From Azolla caroliniana (Eukaryota; Plantae; Polypodiophyta), in NCBI GenBank assembly GCA_043228905.1, contig JBHGNT010000010.1, positions 15,996,001 to 16,060,000 of the forward strand: a stretch of DNA of 64,000 nt, read 5' to 3'. The notes beneath the pieces are model-generated. The model saw nothing but the letters and a program-made list of their open reading frames with translations, was not told the DNA's origin and ran no database searches. Within the stretch, counting starts at the first letter, position 1; each line of letters opens with the position of its first letter. The position numbers and the translations under genes were made by a program. Below are positions 36,159 through 49,900 of the stretch, piece by piece.

Positions 36159-39100
36159 TGACATTGTTCTTGAGTGCTTCGGCGAAATTGGTGCATTCTC
36201 TCTAGATGTGGCCGACGACATCGCACCACATGCACCTTTGGTCATTCGGACGCCTCCGGTCACGTGACAGACCCCCGATATCTCTCCAATCTTGCACGAT
36301 CTAGAGATCACGCACCATCTTTGTTAGCTCCTCCAAAGTTGCGCCCCTAGGTTATTATAGATCTCGGTACTAAAGTAAGCTTAAGATAAGGATAAAGTAA
36401 TGATAGATAGAAAGGAGAAAGAGAAAGAAGGGTGCCGATCCACCCGACCACCCCCGAGCGAAGGGATCGAGACGGACTCAAGCCTCGATCGGCGTCCCAT
36501 ACCATCGCCGTGGCGTCGAGTCGTACCTAGTGCTGGCGCGCTCGCTACAAGAGTTGACCCACCACAAGAGCAGAGTCTCGATGTAGTCAAAAGATGATCA
36601 AATGAGGGTAGCTAGGCCTCTTATTTATAGCGATACCCAAGGCCCCCAGGCAAGTTCACACTTGACCTAATGGGTTGTCTCAATCCCGAGGATTAAAAGT
36701 AATCCTCCCCTTCTTTACACTCTCGTTTAACCCTCACACTTATCCACGTGCATAGAATACTACGGTAAATTCTCACCACGGGATATTATATGGTGATGCC
36801 CGTAACATACTCCCCTTCTTTAAAACATTGCACTCTTGCAATGGAAAGTTAGGGAAGTTAGTTCTAAGAGTATTTTCGCGTTCCCATGTGGCATCTTTTA
36901 TTGATTTATCCATCCATTTTATTTTAAATTCTCGGATTTCTTTAGTACGTAATTTTTTTGTTTTAACATCGAGAATTCTTTCTGGTACATGTGGTTTAGA
37001 AGATAATTCTTCAGAAGTAACCTGAGTTTCAGTTGTAACTGTATTGTCGCAAGAACCTAGAAGTTCTTTTAGACGACTCACATGAAAGACTGGATGAATT
37101 CCGACACCATCGGGAAGAGCGAGACGATAGGCTGATGACCCAATGCGTTTGAGGACTGTAAAAGGTCCACAAAATCGTGGGACTAACTTAGCGCACTTAC
37201 CCATAGACAATGTCTTAGAATTGTGAGGTACACGTAAAAATACCTTCTGTCTAGGGTTGAATACACGAGGTTGCCTATGATGGTTGGCATAAAAACGCAC
37301 TCTATCTTGAGCTGTTTTTGTATTATCTCGTGCAATATGCAACATATCTTGCATATCCCGAAGAAAGTTTTGCGTACTTCGCAACTCATCATGATGTATA
37401 TTAACATCAATCGGGGTTCGTGGCTGAAAACCATACATCAACATAAAAGGACTATATCCCGTCGACGTATGCTTGGAGCTGTGATAAGCAAACTCCAAAA
37501 TTGGGAGATAACGTTCCCATTTTGTTGGTTTTGCACCAACGTATGCTCGAAGCATGTCCTCAATAATTTGATTTACTCGTTCTGTCTGTCCATCACATTG
37601 AGGATGATCCGTGGAGCTCATGCTCAATGTAGTTTCTAACTTCTTAAAGACTTGCGTCTAGAAGTCACTAGTAAACTTTGGATCTCGATCACTCACGATA
37701 TCCATCAGTAACCCATAAAAATGAAATAATTCGTCAACGAATTAGTAAGCCAATTCAGGAGCTGTTACCGTGGTTTTAGTAGTAATAAATCTGGCCATTT
37801 TAGTTAGTCGATCAACGACAACCCAGATGGCATCATGACCTTTTTGGGTGCGAGGAAGGCTAACAATAAAATCCATGGATATACTTTCCCACTTATTATT
37901 GGGAATGTCCAAGGGATGTAAAAGTCCTGCGGCTTTAAGTCGCTCGGCTTTGTTAACCTGACATTGGTGACATTTAGTCACATAGCTATGTATGTCCGGA
38001 CGCATCTTAGGCCAATAAAATTGAGTGGAGATGAGAACGAGTGTACGATGTATTCCAGGGTGCCCTGTTGAGGGTGCATCATGGCATTAAAAAAGAATCC
38101 TCTTTTTGACCTCGGGTAAATCTGGAACACAAACCTTCCCATTACGGTAGAGCAAACCGTTAGCAATGTGGAAGTATTCCTTCAAGGATGTGGTGGTGTC
38201 TGTTCCAGACTCAACTCTTGCCCAGTATTTTGCGAAATAACTGTCATCAGGATACTTTCCTCGAAGGTGATCATAAAGATTTGATAATATTTCAGTGAAG
38301 CTAAGCGTGTTAACTTCACGGATTTGACTTAGTGCATCAGCGACAGTGTTCATGGAACCTTTACGATATCGTATGGAAAAATCAAAGTCCTGGATGAGAT
38401 CAGCCCATCGTGCCTTACGACCTTTCAGGTCTTGTTGGTCACAAAAAGGACTCGTGGTCCGTAGTTACCACAAAGCGATTTCCATAAAGATAATGGCGCC
38501 ATGTTTTGAGCGCATGTATAACTGCAAATAATTCCTTTTCTTGAACGGTATACCGACATTGAGCAGAATCAAGTTTCTTACTCTCGAATGCTATTGGTTT
38601 ACCATCTTGATACAAGACAACACCTATAGCATAATCACTGGCATCGGTTTCAACCTCAAAAGGTTTTGAAGGATCAGGTAAAAGAAGTGAAGGAGCCTTG
38701 CAAACCAAGTCCTTGAGTTCCTTAAAGGCGAGGTCTAGTGTCCCATTCCACACAATAGGTTTTGTAGACTTACGCATTTGACCTTTTAAAAGATCAGTAA
38801 ACGGCGTCGTCAATTGGGAGTAATTACGAAGAGACTTTCGCAAAAACCCGACAAAACCAAGGAATGATCGAATTCTCGAATATTCTGAAGAGTGGGCCAA
38901 AGCTTGATTTTCTCAATGCGAGAAGGATCAATTTCAACTCCTCGTTCGGTTATGAGATGTCCAAGATAAGTAATTGATTTCTTGAAGAACTCACATTTTG
39001 AGATCTTCGCATAAAACTGTTTGTCACGCAATGTTTGTAAAACAAAGCGGACATGTCTAGCATGTTCTTGTAATGTACGGCTATAAACTAAAATATCATC

Positions 39101-42100
39101 CAAGAAAATAATGACAAATTTTCCAAGTTGTTCTCGGAAAATGTCATTCATTTCTTGTTGAAATGTAGCCGGAGCATTGGTCAAACCAAAAGGCATAACC
39201 AAAAACTCGGAATGGCCATAGCCCGTACGAAATGCTGTTTTAGGAACATCGTCCTCACTTATTCGTATTTGATGGTAGCCAGTACGGAGATGAAGTTTCG
39301 TAAAATACCGAGCTCCCTGGAGACGGTCAATTAGATCGTCAAACCGAGGCAATGGATACGAATTCTTGATCGTCACTTTATTCAAGCGTCGGTAATTAAT
39401 ACACATACACCATGTGCCCTCTTTCTTTTTAACCAAGAGAACTGGGGCACCCCATGGAGATTTACTATAACGTATATAACCCATTCGTAAATAGTCCTTG
39501 AGTTTCTTAGATACCTCATCTTCTTCGGATCGACTTAAGCGATACGAAGGTATACTTATTGGTGCAACACCAGGTACAATATCTATACAATGGTCTATAT
39601 TTCGTTTAGGAGGTAACCCATCAGGTAGTTCACTTGGAAAAACATCATGAAAATCATTTAAGATTTCATCAAGTTGTTGTTGTTCAAAATATGTTAATTG
39701 AACCAAGACATTATCGATATTATAAACGTGAATGTCCGGATCAAGTACACAATAAAATAGAGTAGAACAAGACAACTCAGATATTGATGAACACGAGGAA
39801 ACAATCGAGAGGGATTGTTTTTTTACACATTGAATAAAATGCGTACAATCGTTCAGTACAAAAGAAATGGAATGACGAACCCAATCAATAAATAAAGAAG
39901 AGTTTTTATTATAAAACCAGGGATAACCCAGTATTACATCGGTGGTACAAAGATTCATTACATGGAAGTCTACTTCCTCTATATAAGTATCAATAGAAAT
40001 TCCTAATGAATGAATCGCCCCGTTGATGTATTGTACTCTTCCATCAGCCAAGTGCACCATGTAGGTGTGATCACTTACGATGGGTTGGATTCCCCATATC
40101 TGAACCAAACGATCATTCACAAAATTGTGTGAGCTTCCCGAATCAAATAAAAATTGTATGGGAGATCCATTGATATACCCGTTTGCACGTAGTAAATCAT
40201 TGGGACCCAATACATAGTGAGGGAAAGAACATTGACAATTACTTAAATGATGTGTATAAACCTGAAGGACATTAGGAATCTGACCTTTATGGTCAGCAAC
40301 TTTAGCTTTGTTGTCGTGCTCTTTCCGTTGGAGCTTTCGACATTGATCTTTTGTATGACCCTTCTTTTTGCAGAATACGCAAAAAGGATGTTGTTGCTTA
40401 CAATCGCGATCCAGGAACTCTTTGGGTGTCTTGCGTTTCCCAACAAATTGCGACTACTTAGTCCCGGGCACTTCGTTGGGTTTGTTGTGGTCCTTCTTCA
40501 AAGTGCGTTGATAGCGAAGAACTATTTCAACGGCCTCTTCGAAGGATTTTGGATCCTTATCGTGCACTATCCAGTGATAGTCCGAATTGGGGATGCCATT
40601 GACAAAACAAGCTATCAACCAATTGTCCCCTTCTAGACCCGATTTTTGGATTTGGGTTCTAGCATGGTGAACATAGTCTTCTAGCGAGGAAAATTTCTTG
40701 CTAGAGAGGTTCATTAAAGCTTGTGTTGCCTCGGTTCGAGAGGGAGGTTGCAGAAATTGGTCCTTAAAAACCGTGACAAAATCTGTCTAGGTATCGGGCA
40801 ATTTCCCCATAGTACGGAGCCCACGCTACCAGGCGGCGGCCTTACCCCCGAGTTCTCGGCCGACATATGCAATCTTCGTACTATCTGGCGTGGGATAGAG
40901 CTCAAAATGAGACTCCCATCGTCCCAGCCATGTGCAGATTGCTTCTTCGGTTCTTTCCTTTTTGTCTCCCGTAAATGGCTTAATGACAAATGATGGTTCA
41001 CCTTATCGCTCATCAGGTCTATTAGTCTCATGTTGTAGACTAATGACACGTGCCTCGAGTGCACTTTGAGATTGCCGAAGTTCGGTCATTTGTTGAGCGG
41101 TGAAATTAAGGTATTGGGTTATTTGTGCCAAATACATCTCAGTGGACATTTGTCCAGGAGGATTCCCTTGAGTTCCTTCTGCTTGAGCGGATGACATCAA
41201 GTCGTTAATTTGAGCCATTAAAGATTATTTCTGGAAAAGAAATAGGATAAGGTCAGAGAGATAGTCATAACATCATGTCGTGATGTAAACATATCATGGG
41301 CAAACATTAATCGATATCATGATCTCACGTCAATACCCCTCTAGACGTATGAGATGAGGTTCAAGATCAGGTTACTATGGTAACACAAAGGTGTTTTAAA
41401 AACCATGGGGGTGACAATTTAATGTCTTTCCCTGATCTCTATATCGATTTTTTCATGGTGGCTCCCCGAGGCTCAACCATGTATGTTCGCGTCATGAATA
41501 GTTTATACACGAAAAAATGTTAACAATAAACTATGTTTCGGTGACCACATATGTGGTTTCGGCTCTTTAAGTCCTATTACGAGGACCCCGAGGTGCACTT
41601 AGACCTTAAGTCTAAACATGTGTTATAGTCATATGTATCAAGGATGTTGTATGGTCTTGGTCATATTTGAACTCGAGACCTCGAGAACAAATACATTAAA
41701 CACTTGAGCCAACCAAGTAAGTTTCTCTTCTTGAATGCTTAATGTTTGATGTGTATAAGAGATATGCGAGATCATATATGTTTTTTCTAAAAGAACATAT
41801 ATGTCAAGGGTCCTTATTTCGCCCTCATTTACCAAAACTATGTTGGTACGTTACCTAACCTCAAGTCTCGTAATTACGATGGCATACGCCAAAGTGCAAC
41901 CTAATGGTCAAGCCAAATGAGCCCTCGTTTCGTAGTAGGTTCACATGGCCCATCACATGGTCACATCATTACGAATGCCTCTCGTAAGAACGAGCTCATG
42001 GTGGCATCGTATCCATGTAACGAGGGAGGGATGTTGGATACGTGTGTCATTGGAGCGACCTCACTTGAAGTGGGTCAAGCCCTACGTACTCAACATCATT

Positions 42101-44546
42101 ATGGCTATTGGCGTTTCTTTACGTAACGAAATCGAGGTCATCAATGGGGTTGTCAACAATAAAAAATTGTTGAAAAAGGGATGGTGACGACGCCATTCTC
42201 ACAAAAATGTGAGGACGGCCACCAACATCCTTTTCCCAACAAGGACAACTTTCGATATAATCACGTAATAACGAATATACACATATGTTTACTTATCACA
42301 TATATACGATCAAATACGTATATATGTGACCACATATGCCTATATTAAACATATCGTTATATTAAATAGCCACAAATGATGTGATCGAGATACGTAATCG
42401 AGGTATATACCTCTACGCACACGAAACATCCTCAAATAAGAGATCATCGTAATACGCAATTGAGGTATTGACCTCTTACGCATACGAGACCAACCGCATA
42501 TCGTTTACCACAAATCAAGGTATTAAACTCATACGCAAACGTAACATATGTTCGTGAACGTAATACGTAATTGAGGTATTAACCTCGTACGCATATGACA
42601 CTCATCACATATTATTAATATGTCAAACGAGGTATTGACCTCGTGCACATATGTAAACGTTTTTAGATAATCCAATAAAGACCACTACAACATCATTGAC
42701 TTAATGAAAAAAATTGACATATAAACTAAACACATGATTAGATGGGAGAAGAGAGAATAGATAAAAAAAATTATGGAAAGAGTTACCGAAGTTCTTTGTT
42801 GATCGTTGTCTAGATCAAGGCCAACCGCACATCGATCGATCAACTTCAATCAAAAGAAAAATGAAAAATAAAGAAACATTAGTACATAAATCTGATACCA
42901 AATATTATAGATCTCAGTACTAAAGTAAGCTTAAGATAAGGATAAAGTAATGATAGATAGAAAGGAGAAAGAGAAAGAAGGGTGCCGATCCACCCGACCA
43001 CCCCCGAGCGAAGGGATCGAGACGGACTCGAGCCTCGATCAGCATCCCATACCACCGCCGTGGCGTCGAGTCGTACCTAGTGCTGGCGCGCTCGCTTCAA
43101 GAGTTGACCCACCACAAGAGCAGAGTCTCGATGTAGTCAAAAGATGATCAAATGAGGGTAGCTAGGCCTCTTATTTATAGCGATACCCAAGGCCCCCAGG
43201 CAAGTTCACACTTGACCTAATGGGTTGTCTCAATCCCGAGGATTAAAAGTAATCCTCCCCTTCTTTACACTCTCGTTTAACCCTCACACTTATCCACGTG
43301 CATAGAATACTACGGTAAATTCTCACCATGGGATATTATATGGTCATGCCCGTAACATAGGTGGTCCTTCAACCACGTTGGTTGAAACCGACCTGGATTC
43401 AAGCCGCCTTCTTGTTTCCTCCAACCGAGTCAGAATCTCCTCCGACCTTTTCCCGGAAACCGGGCCGACTGCAGACTATCATGCCGACTATCGTTTCAAT
43501 GGCCCTATCGAGGCCACCTGCGCTCTCTTGTGCATTCACTATATGATCAACGACCACCACCACCGCCTCTACAAGTTCACTTCCCCTCATCTTGAGCTCC
43601 TTTGCCGCCCCCTTTCACGTCGGGTTCACCAAAGATGTCGCGGTTTTCCGCGTGGATGTGTTGAAATGGGGCGGGACCACCGGGGTCTCGGTCCAAGGAG
43701 CTGGTGAGGGAAGAGAGTTTATCCGGATCAGGTTCTAGATGACTTCGTCAGGTTGTGGTCCGAACACGTTTCTGATCCGGACTAGTCTCCGGATGCCGGA
43801 TTAAACCACACGGGCTTAGACGTGTTCCTGGTTCTAGAACTGTGTTGGATACAAAAAATGATGAGCCTCTATCGGGAGCACACGGGCTTCCTACGAGAGC
43901 AAAGGTATCACCTTTTTACCCGAATCAGAATAGAGCAAAAATAGAGCTCCGAATCTCAAACCGCCAACACCTCCTTCTCCAAAATAATGGATCCCCTCTT
44001 CAATCTTCTCTCCCTCCTTTTATAGCTCAAGGGGGGAGACACTATTCCATTAGGTTGTTAAGTCATCTACTTTTCTATCCTGATTCTCTCCTTGATTTCC
44101 TCTCCTTAATCCCCTTTATTCCTCTACTACTGTGGTCAAAAAAGTAACTATCGAATCACTCCTACCTAGTACTCATCAACACTTAAACTAACACTATACT
44201 ATTTACACATAAACTAACACTATACTTAGTACTCATCAAAATGGGTTTGTGTGCATCTGTGCACACCCCTGTTCAGGCGCATTTGGCTCCGTTTCTCCTA
44301 GTAGCCAACATCCTCCACGACATTGTTTTGTGGTTAATCGTCGTGTTCGAGAGCTCGTGTGCTCCGTTTCTGAAATCCGGCGACTGTACCAGATTGGATA
44401 CATGTTTTGTGAACCCGTGCGCTCAGTCAAGAGCACCGACAATCTAGCCGGTTAGTCACTCAAAGCTTGTCTCTCCTTCTGTCTCCTTAGTTCAAGGCCC
44501 CAACAGTCCCGCTCGATCTGACACGTCCACATGGAGATCCGTGACA
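36159..44546 (-). mobile_element. Relic Phygy-like element D: 5' LTR 43636-44546, Trp PBS, deleted gag 43363-43590 plus 36159-36347
   Basis: PBS complement cacgtcgggttcacca; MRGSELVEA...LDRAIETIVG; ATLEELTK...RCMWCDVVGH, homologous to the gag of B. Confidence 0.85.
36353..43357 (-). mobile_element. Full-length but disrupted chromovirus (Gypsy with chromodomain; possibly RLG1-like); LTRs 36353-36807 and 42903-43357
   Basis: 455-bp LTRs (8 differences seen); TSD TAGGT; PBS TGGTATCAGA; PPT AAAGAAGGGGAG; LFDSGSS protease, [19 protein letters not shown] RNase H, integrase and PERIL...KW...ATWE chromodomain, split by stops and frameshifts. Confidence 0.93.
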
Positions 44547-45460
44547 ATGTACCACATTTGAGGGGGAGAGCATTCGACTAGAACAATTGCAATGATGAGC
44601 CGGAGCAAGATTGGGCCGAAAAGAGGAGGAGAGCCAACAAAGAAGACGAATCAAAGACAACCGAATTGTTCAAAAAGAATGATTTGGATGAGTCACATCA
44701 TATGAGAGCCAAGTAGACGAGAAGGCAGCGGGGAACGATGCCAAGGCGGAGGAGCGGACGGATCAAGGGGCGCCGATGTTGTAGAGGCAAGAAGAAGGCC
44801 AATTGAGGCCTTAGCAGCTGACAAGCTGACATGTTGAGGAGTGCTGGAACGAACGCGTCGTGGAGTGCGAGCAAGGAGGCGTGAAGGCAGGAGAAGCCGG
44901 AGCGAACAACCGGCAGACCAAGAGGAACCTCAAGTTGAGCTTGAGGGGGAGTGTATAGAGACAAGCTCAATATGAGCCGTATCGGCTAAAGGCTGGTAGG
45001 CCGGCCGACTGAAGAAGCCAACAGTCGAGCTGGTTGAGGGTAGTCATCTTAATAAGCCGACAATTGGGTTAGCCTAGGATAATGTTGATAGGCCGTTAGA
45101 GCCTATATTCCTAGTCTTAGTATTAGGAATATTTTAGGGAGTTAGGTCATAGGCTCTTTATGAGCATTCAAATACTAACAATACTTGTGTCAGCCCGCTC
45201 TCAGGGCTTGTATAAAATTGCTCACTGAGCATAGTCATATGTACAAAGCATATTAATTTTTGAATCTATTTTTTCTGATCTCTCTGTCCCTCCCACTCCC
45301 GTGTACTGTATTCCTGTTTTGTTTCTCTATGTTTTCTCTATTGCTATCCGGCTGAGCCGATTGTGTTCTGCTTTAGCTTTTGCCGATTATGATCTTCTCA
45401 CCTCAAAACCATAAGCTTGATTGTTAAGCATTCTAGATCCATAAGAACGCTCACATAATC
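44547..45460 (+). mobile_element. Probable LTR-element 3' end (PPT GAGGGGGAG, LTR starting TGTATAG at 44952), Copia-like
   Basis: ttgagggggag|tgt junction; TATA-like tataaaa at about 45211; right boundary uncertain. Confidence 0.5.
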
Positions 45461-46934
45461 TTGTAATTCACTTATTGCATTCATGCCTTGAGAAGATAGG
45501 CAAGAGGTTCCTCTAGGAAAATAAAGGTTTGAAGGAAAAAGGTAAATTCCTGTTCAAACTAATAAGGTTGTACCTGAGAGTAATATCAAATTGAAGAAGA
45601 GGAAAATAACAAAAGAATGTGTTAGTGTATTAACAAGAAGAACAAGATTACAAGAATATCCTAAAGGTTGGCATTGAACTGGTTCAATTCATCAATACTA
45701 GAGCTCTTGCTTATATATCATGGTTAGACGCATCCTCACCATCTCACAACCATTCATGCTCATCGTTGTCGCGGATATCCGCGCTGATGTATCGGAAAGG
45801 GACGGGACCACCGCGATCTCGGACCAAGGAGCTGGAAAGGGAAGAGAGATTATCTGATCTAGACCCGTCTTTCGATGACGGACTATGAGCGCTTAGGCTG
45901 AAAGATGTGTACTATTCTGGACCTGTTGTCGGGTAGCAAGCGATGAGCTCATGATCGCACACACTCAGGTATGCACACACAAACGAGAAACAATGGAGAT
46001 AAGAACACGGGCAGAGACGACAAAGACAGAAAATCTAAAAACAACAAGCTAGTCTATTATTCTATAAAGAAGAGAATTACAACCAAACTCGGCCGACAAC
46101 CGAGCTTCGAGCTTGCTACACACACACACACACACACTAATAGGCCTCCGATCGGGAGCACACAGGCTACCAACATGAAACCGAGGCCTCACAACACAAT
46201 GACAGAAACTAAGGATAGGAAGACAAGAATCTGCAGAGCTCGGTCCAGCAGCACTTCGTTCTCCCCCAAATCGTGGATCACCCCACCCCCCCCCTCTCCC
46301 CCAGTCTTATCTCCCTCCTTTTATAGCTCCAAGAGAAAGAGAGGAGTCATTACAACAGGCCGTTAAGACAACCACTTTCTCCCTGATTCCCTCCTCGATT
46401 TCCTCCAATAAATCACCTTTATTCCTCTATCTGTGTGACCTATTAACTCACTCTTGAGTAAAAGCATGCGAGTGGAAACACTATTATAGCTAATTAGCTA
46501 CTAAAATGGCCATAGCTAATTAGCTATTTGTTTAGCTAGTCTTTCTTGTGGGAAAATCAAATATTTGAAAAACTAATTTATGAAAAAACTCAAATATTTG
46601 AACTTCTGTTTCAGACGTAGTGGAACTTGGGGAATATCACCATCATCTAAGGTCGACTTCAATGTCATCAATTTCCTGTTTAGCCTAAGTCTGATTTTGA
46701 ACGCAGATGGAGTACTCAGAGCACGAACGCAGACGTAGCTCCCGCAACAGCAAAAAATCGACATTGCAGATTGAGAGCTACAACACAGAACCCGCTCGAT
46801 CATCGTCCAGGTATGTTTCAGTTACAGAAACCCCAAACATTTGTTTTTTCTTTTTGACTATTGTCTGAACTTTGGTGCCGATTCATATTTCCCCAAAATC
46901 GAATAGGGCGAAGTCCTTGGAGTCCCATACAAGG

Positions 46935-49900
46935 ATGTCTCGCAAATCGGGGAGTAGCAACAGGTGTGTTTATATTACTTTTTTTGTGTTTAATCCTGTC
47001 TTTAGTGATTAGGGTTTGTGATTGAAATTTCTGATTAGGGTTTTTGATTATAAATTTCTGATTAGAATTTCTGAATAGGGTTTCTGGTTACAAATTATGA
47101 TTACAAATTAGAAATTTGATTACAAATTATGATTAGGGTTTCTGATTTGCTAAGTTAAAGATTTTGCACCATTTTTGTTGTTGTTGATTGGGGTTTTTGA
47201 TTCTCACATATTCTGATTTTGCACTATTTCTGATTTCTGAAATGATATTTCAGATGGCTCGTTCCTCCGTATACGAGAGTGCTAAACTTCGCAAAATTTT
47301 GCGAGACAAAGGAGGACTTCCACAACACCTATGGTCTGTCACTCGAGGGTGTTGACCCTGCTGTCCTAAGTGATAAATTGATCAGTGATATAGACTGGAT
47401 GACAGTATATACAGTGCCTAGAGTCAAAGGCAAGGTCAAGCTGAAGCATGTACGAGCCGACTTGTACGATGACTGCATGAGACTGCACCAGAAAGTTCAT
47501 CAGGAGATCCCAGTCAACAATGAGTTGTCAGTTTCATTTGCTAGAGCATTTGCATATGAGTACTGCAAAACAGCGAAGGAATCTAGAGACCCTGAAATGT
47601 ATAGGGTAGCTTGGGCAGTCTATGGTGAGGCATCAGTAAAAAGATGCCGAAAGATGGGGACCTTGGCACAAAAAATAGACAGATTTTGGAGCATGGCAGC
47701 TGTTGATGCAACTGCCGACTCCCAGCAAGACCGGGGGCATACACCACACCGACACCCAAGGAAAGCCAATGTCGATGATACAGGTGAGACATTGGTTAGC
47801 TATATGCTAAAAAATGTCCATGAAGCCTGTGAGACATTGGCATTTTTTAAGACTGATTTAGAGAAAGCCACAATGGCTTCTGCAATGGAGAGCAAAGTTG
47901 CTTCTGCAATGGAGAGCAAAGTTACTTCTGCTGTTACAACAATTAGAAATAAGATTCAGGTAACTATTGTTTTGCTGGTATGTGATTGTGTTATAAATAA
48001 CGGGTAAAATGTGCTAATCAAGCATTATCTGGAATAGGTTGCGCAACAGGAGCTTGAATTAGAGGGGCCACTGGATCCCCAGCGTAAAATAGAACTGCAA
48101 ATAGAGATCCAGGTTCTTTCAATGAACCTGGACCTTCTAGGTGTAAATACTGTTGCAGATTACAATTTGGATAAGCTTCAAGTAAGTTAACGATTCCTGA
48201 GCAAAGTTGGTGTATCTTTCAACAACAAGAATAATTAATCGGTAAATTTCTCTGTTGCGTTGAAGGAACAATACATTCATCAAGAACAGGTAGTTAGCTG
48301 CCTTAAGAAGAAGCTACATTTTGTGGAGGGAATGGTAAGGACCAGACAGGATTTGGACCTGAACATTCTTGCTCCCTTACCAAATGAAGTAGAACCAGAA
48401 AATGATTTATTGACAGTTCAAGCACGTTGCATCGCTTGCGGGTTAGGTGTGGAGGACAAAACTGCGTCTTTGTTGGTTCACCTACAACCATGCAACCACA
48501 CATACCATCTGCTTTGTTTTCAACATGCCTGTCGAATTGCTGCATTCTGTTTGGGAGATTGCAGTACAACTCTACCAAATGAGTGGAGAAAACAAACAGG
48601 TATACCATACTGTAGCTAATAAGCTTAGTCTTTTCTAATTAGCTATCCTACTAGCTAATTAGCTACTGGCAGCTAATGAGCTACTAGCTAATTAGCTATC
48701 CTAGTAGCTAATTAGCTATGGTACTAGCTAATTAGCTAGTACCATAGTTGTGTAAAAAAGCTAAATAGCTATCCTACTAGCTAATTAGCCACTGGCAACT
48801 AATTAGCTATCCTAGTAACTAATTAGCTACTGACATAGTTGTGTAAAGTAGCTAATAAGCTATCCTAGTAGCTAGTTAGCTATGGTACTAGCTAATTAGC
48901 TAGTACCATAGTTGTGTAAAAAAGCTAATTAGCTATCCTACTAGCTAATTAGCTACTGGCAACTAATTAGCTATCCTACTAGCTAATTAGCTATCCTACT
49001 AGCTAATTAGCTATCATAGTAGCTAATTAGCTACTGACATAGTTGTGTAAAGTAGCTAATAAGCTATCCTAGTAGCTAGTTAGCTATGGTACTAGCTAAT
49101 TAGCTAGTAGCATAGTTGTGTAAAATAGCTAATTAGCTATCCTACTAGCTAATTAGCTACTGGCAACTAATTAGCTATCCTACTAGCTAATTAGCTATCC
49201 TACTAGCTAATTAGCTATCCTACTAGCTAATTAGCTATCATAGTAGCTAATTAGCTACTGACATAGTTGTGTAAAGTAGCTAATAAGCTATCCTAGTATC
49301 TAATTAGCTACTGGCAGCTAATTAGCTATCCTAGTAGCTAATTAGCTACTGGCAGCTAATTAGCTGTCCTAGTAGCTAATAAGCTATCCTAGCTACTACA
49401 TAGTTGAGAAAGTAGCTAATTAGCTTTCATTGTAGCTAATTAGCTATCCTAGCTACCACCATAGTTAGTAAAGTAGCTAATTAGCTATCCTAGCTACTAC
49501 CATAGTTAGTAAAGTAGCTAATTAGCTATCCTAGCTACTACCATAGTTGAGTAAAGTAGCTAATTAGCTACCATAGTAGCTAATTAGCTATCCTAGCTAC
49601 TACTATAGTTGTGTAAAGTAGCTAATAAGCTATCCTACTAGCTAATTAGCTATCCTAGTAGGTAATTAACTATGGTACTAGCTAATTAGCTAGTACTATA
49701 GTTGTGTAAAAAAGCTAATTAGGTATCCTACTAGCTAATTAGCCACTGGCAACTAATTAGCTATCCTAGTAACTAATTAGCTACTGCCATAGTTGTGTAA
49801 AGTAGCTAATAAGCTATCCTAGCAGCTAATTAGCTACTAGCAGCTAATTAGCTATCCTAGTAGCTAATTAGCTATCCTACTAGCTAATTAGCTACTACCA

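Noticed and set aside
47005-47145. Interstitial telomere (TTAGGGTTT words)
   Set aside because: Scattered single telo-box-like words in an intron, not a tandem array.
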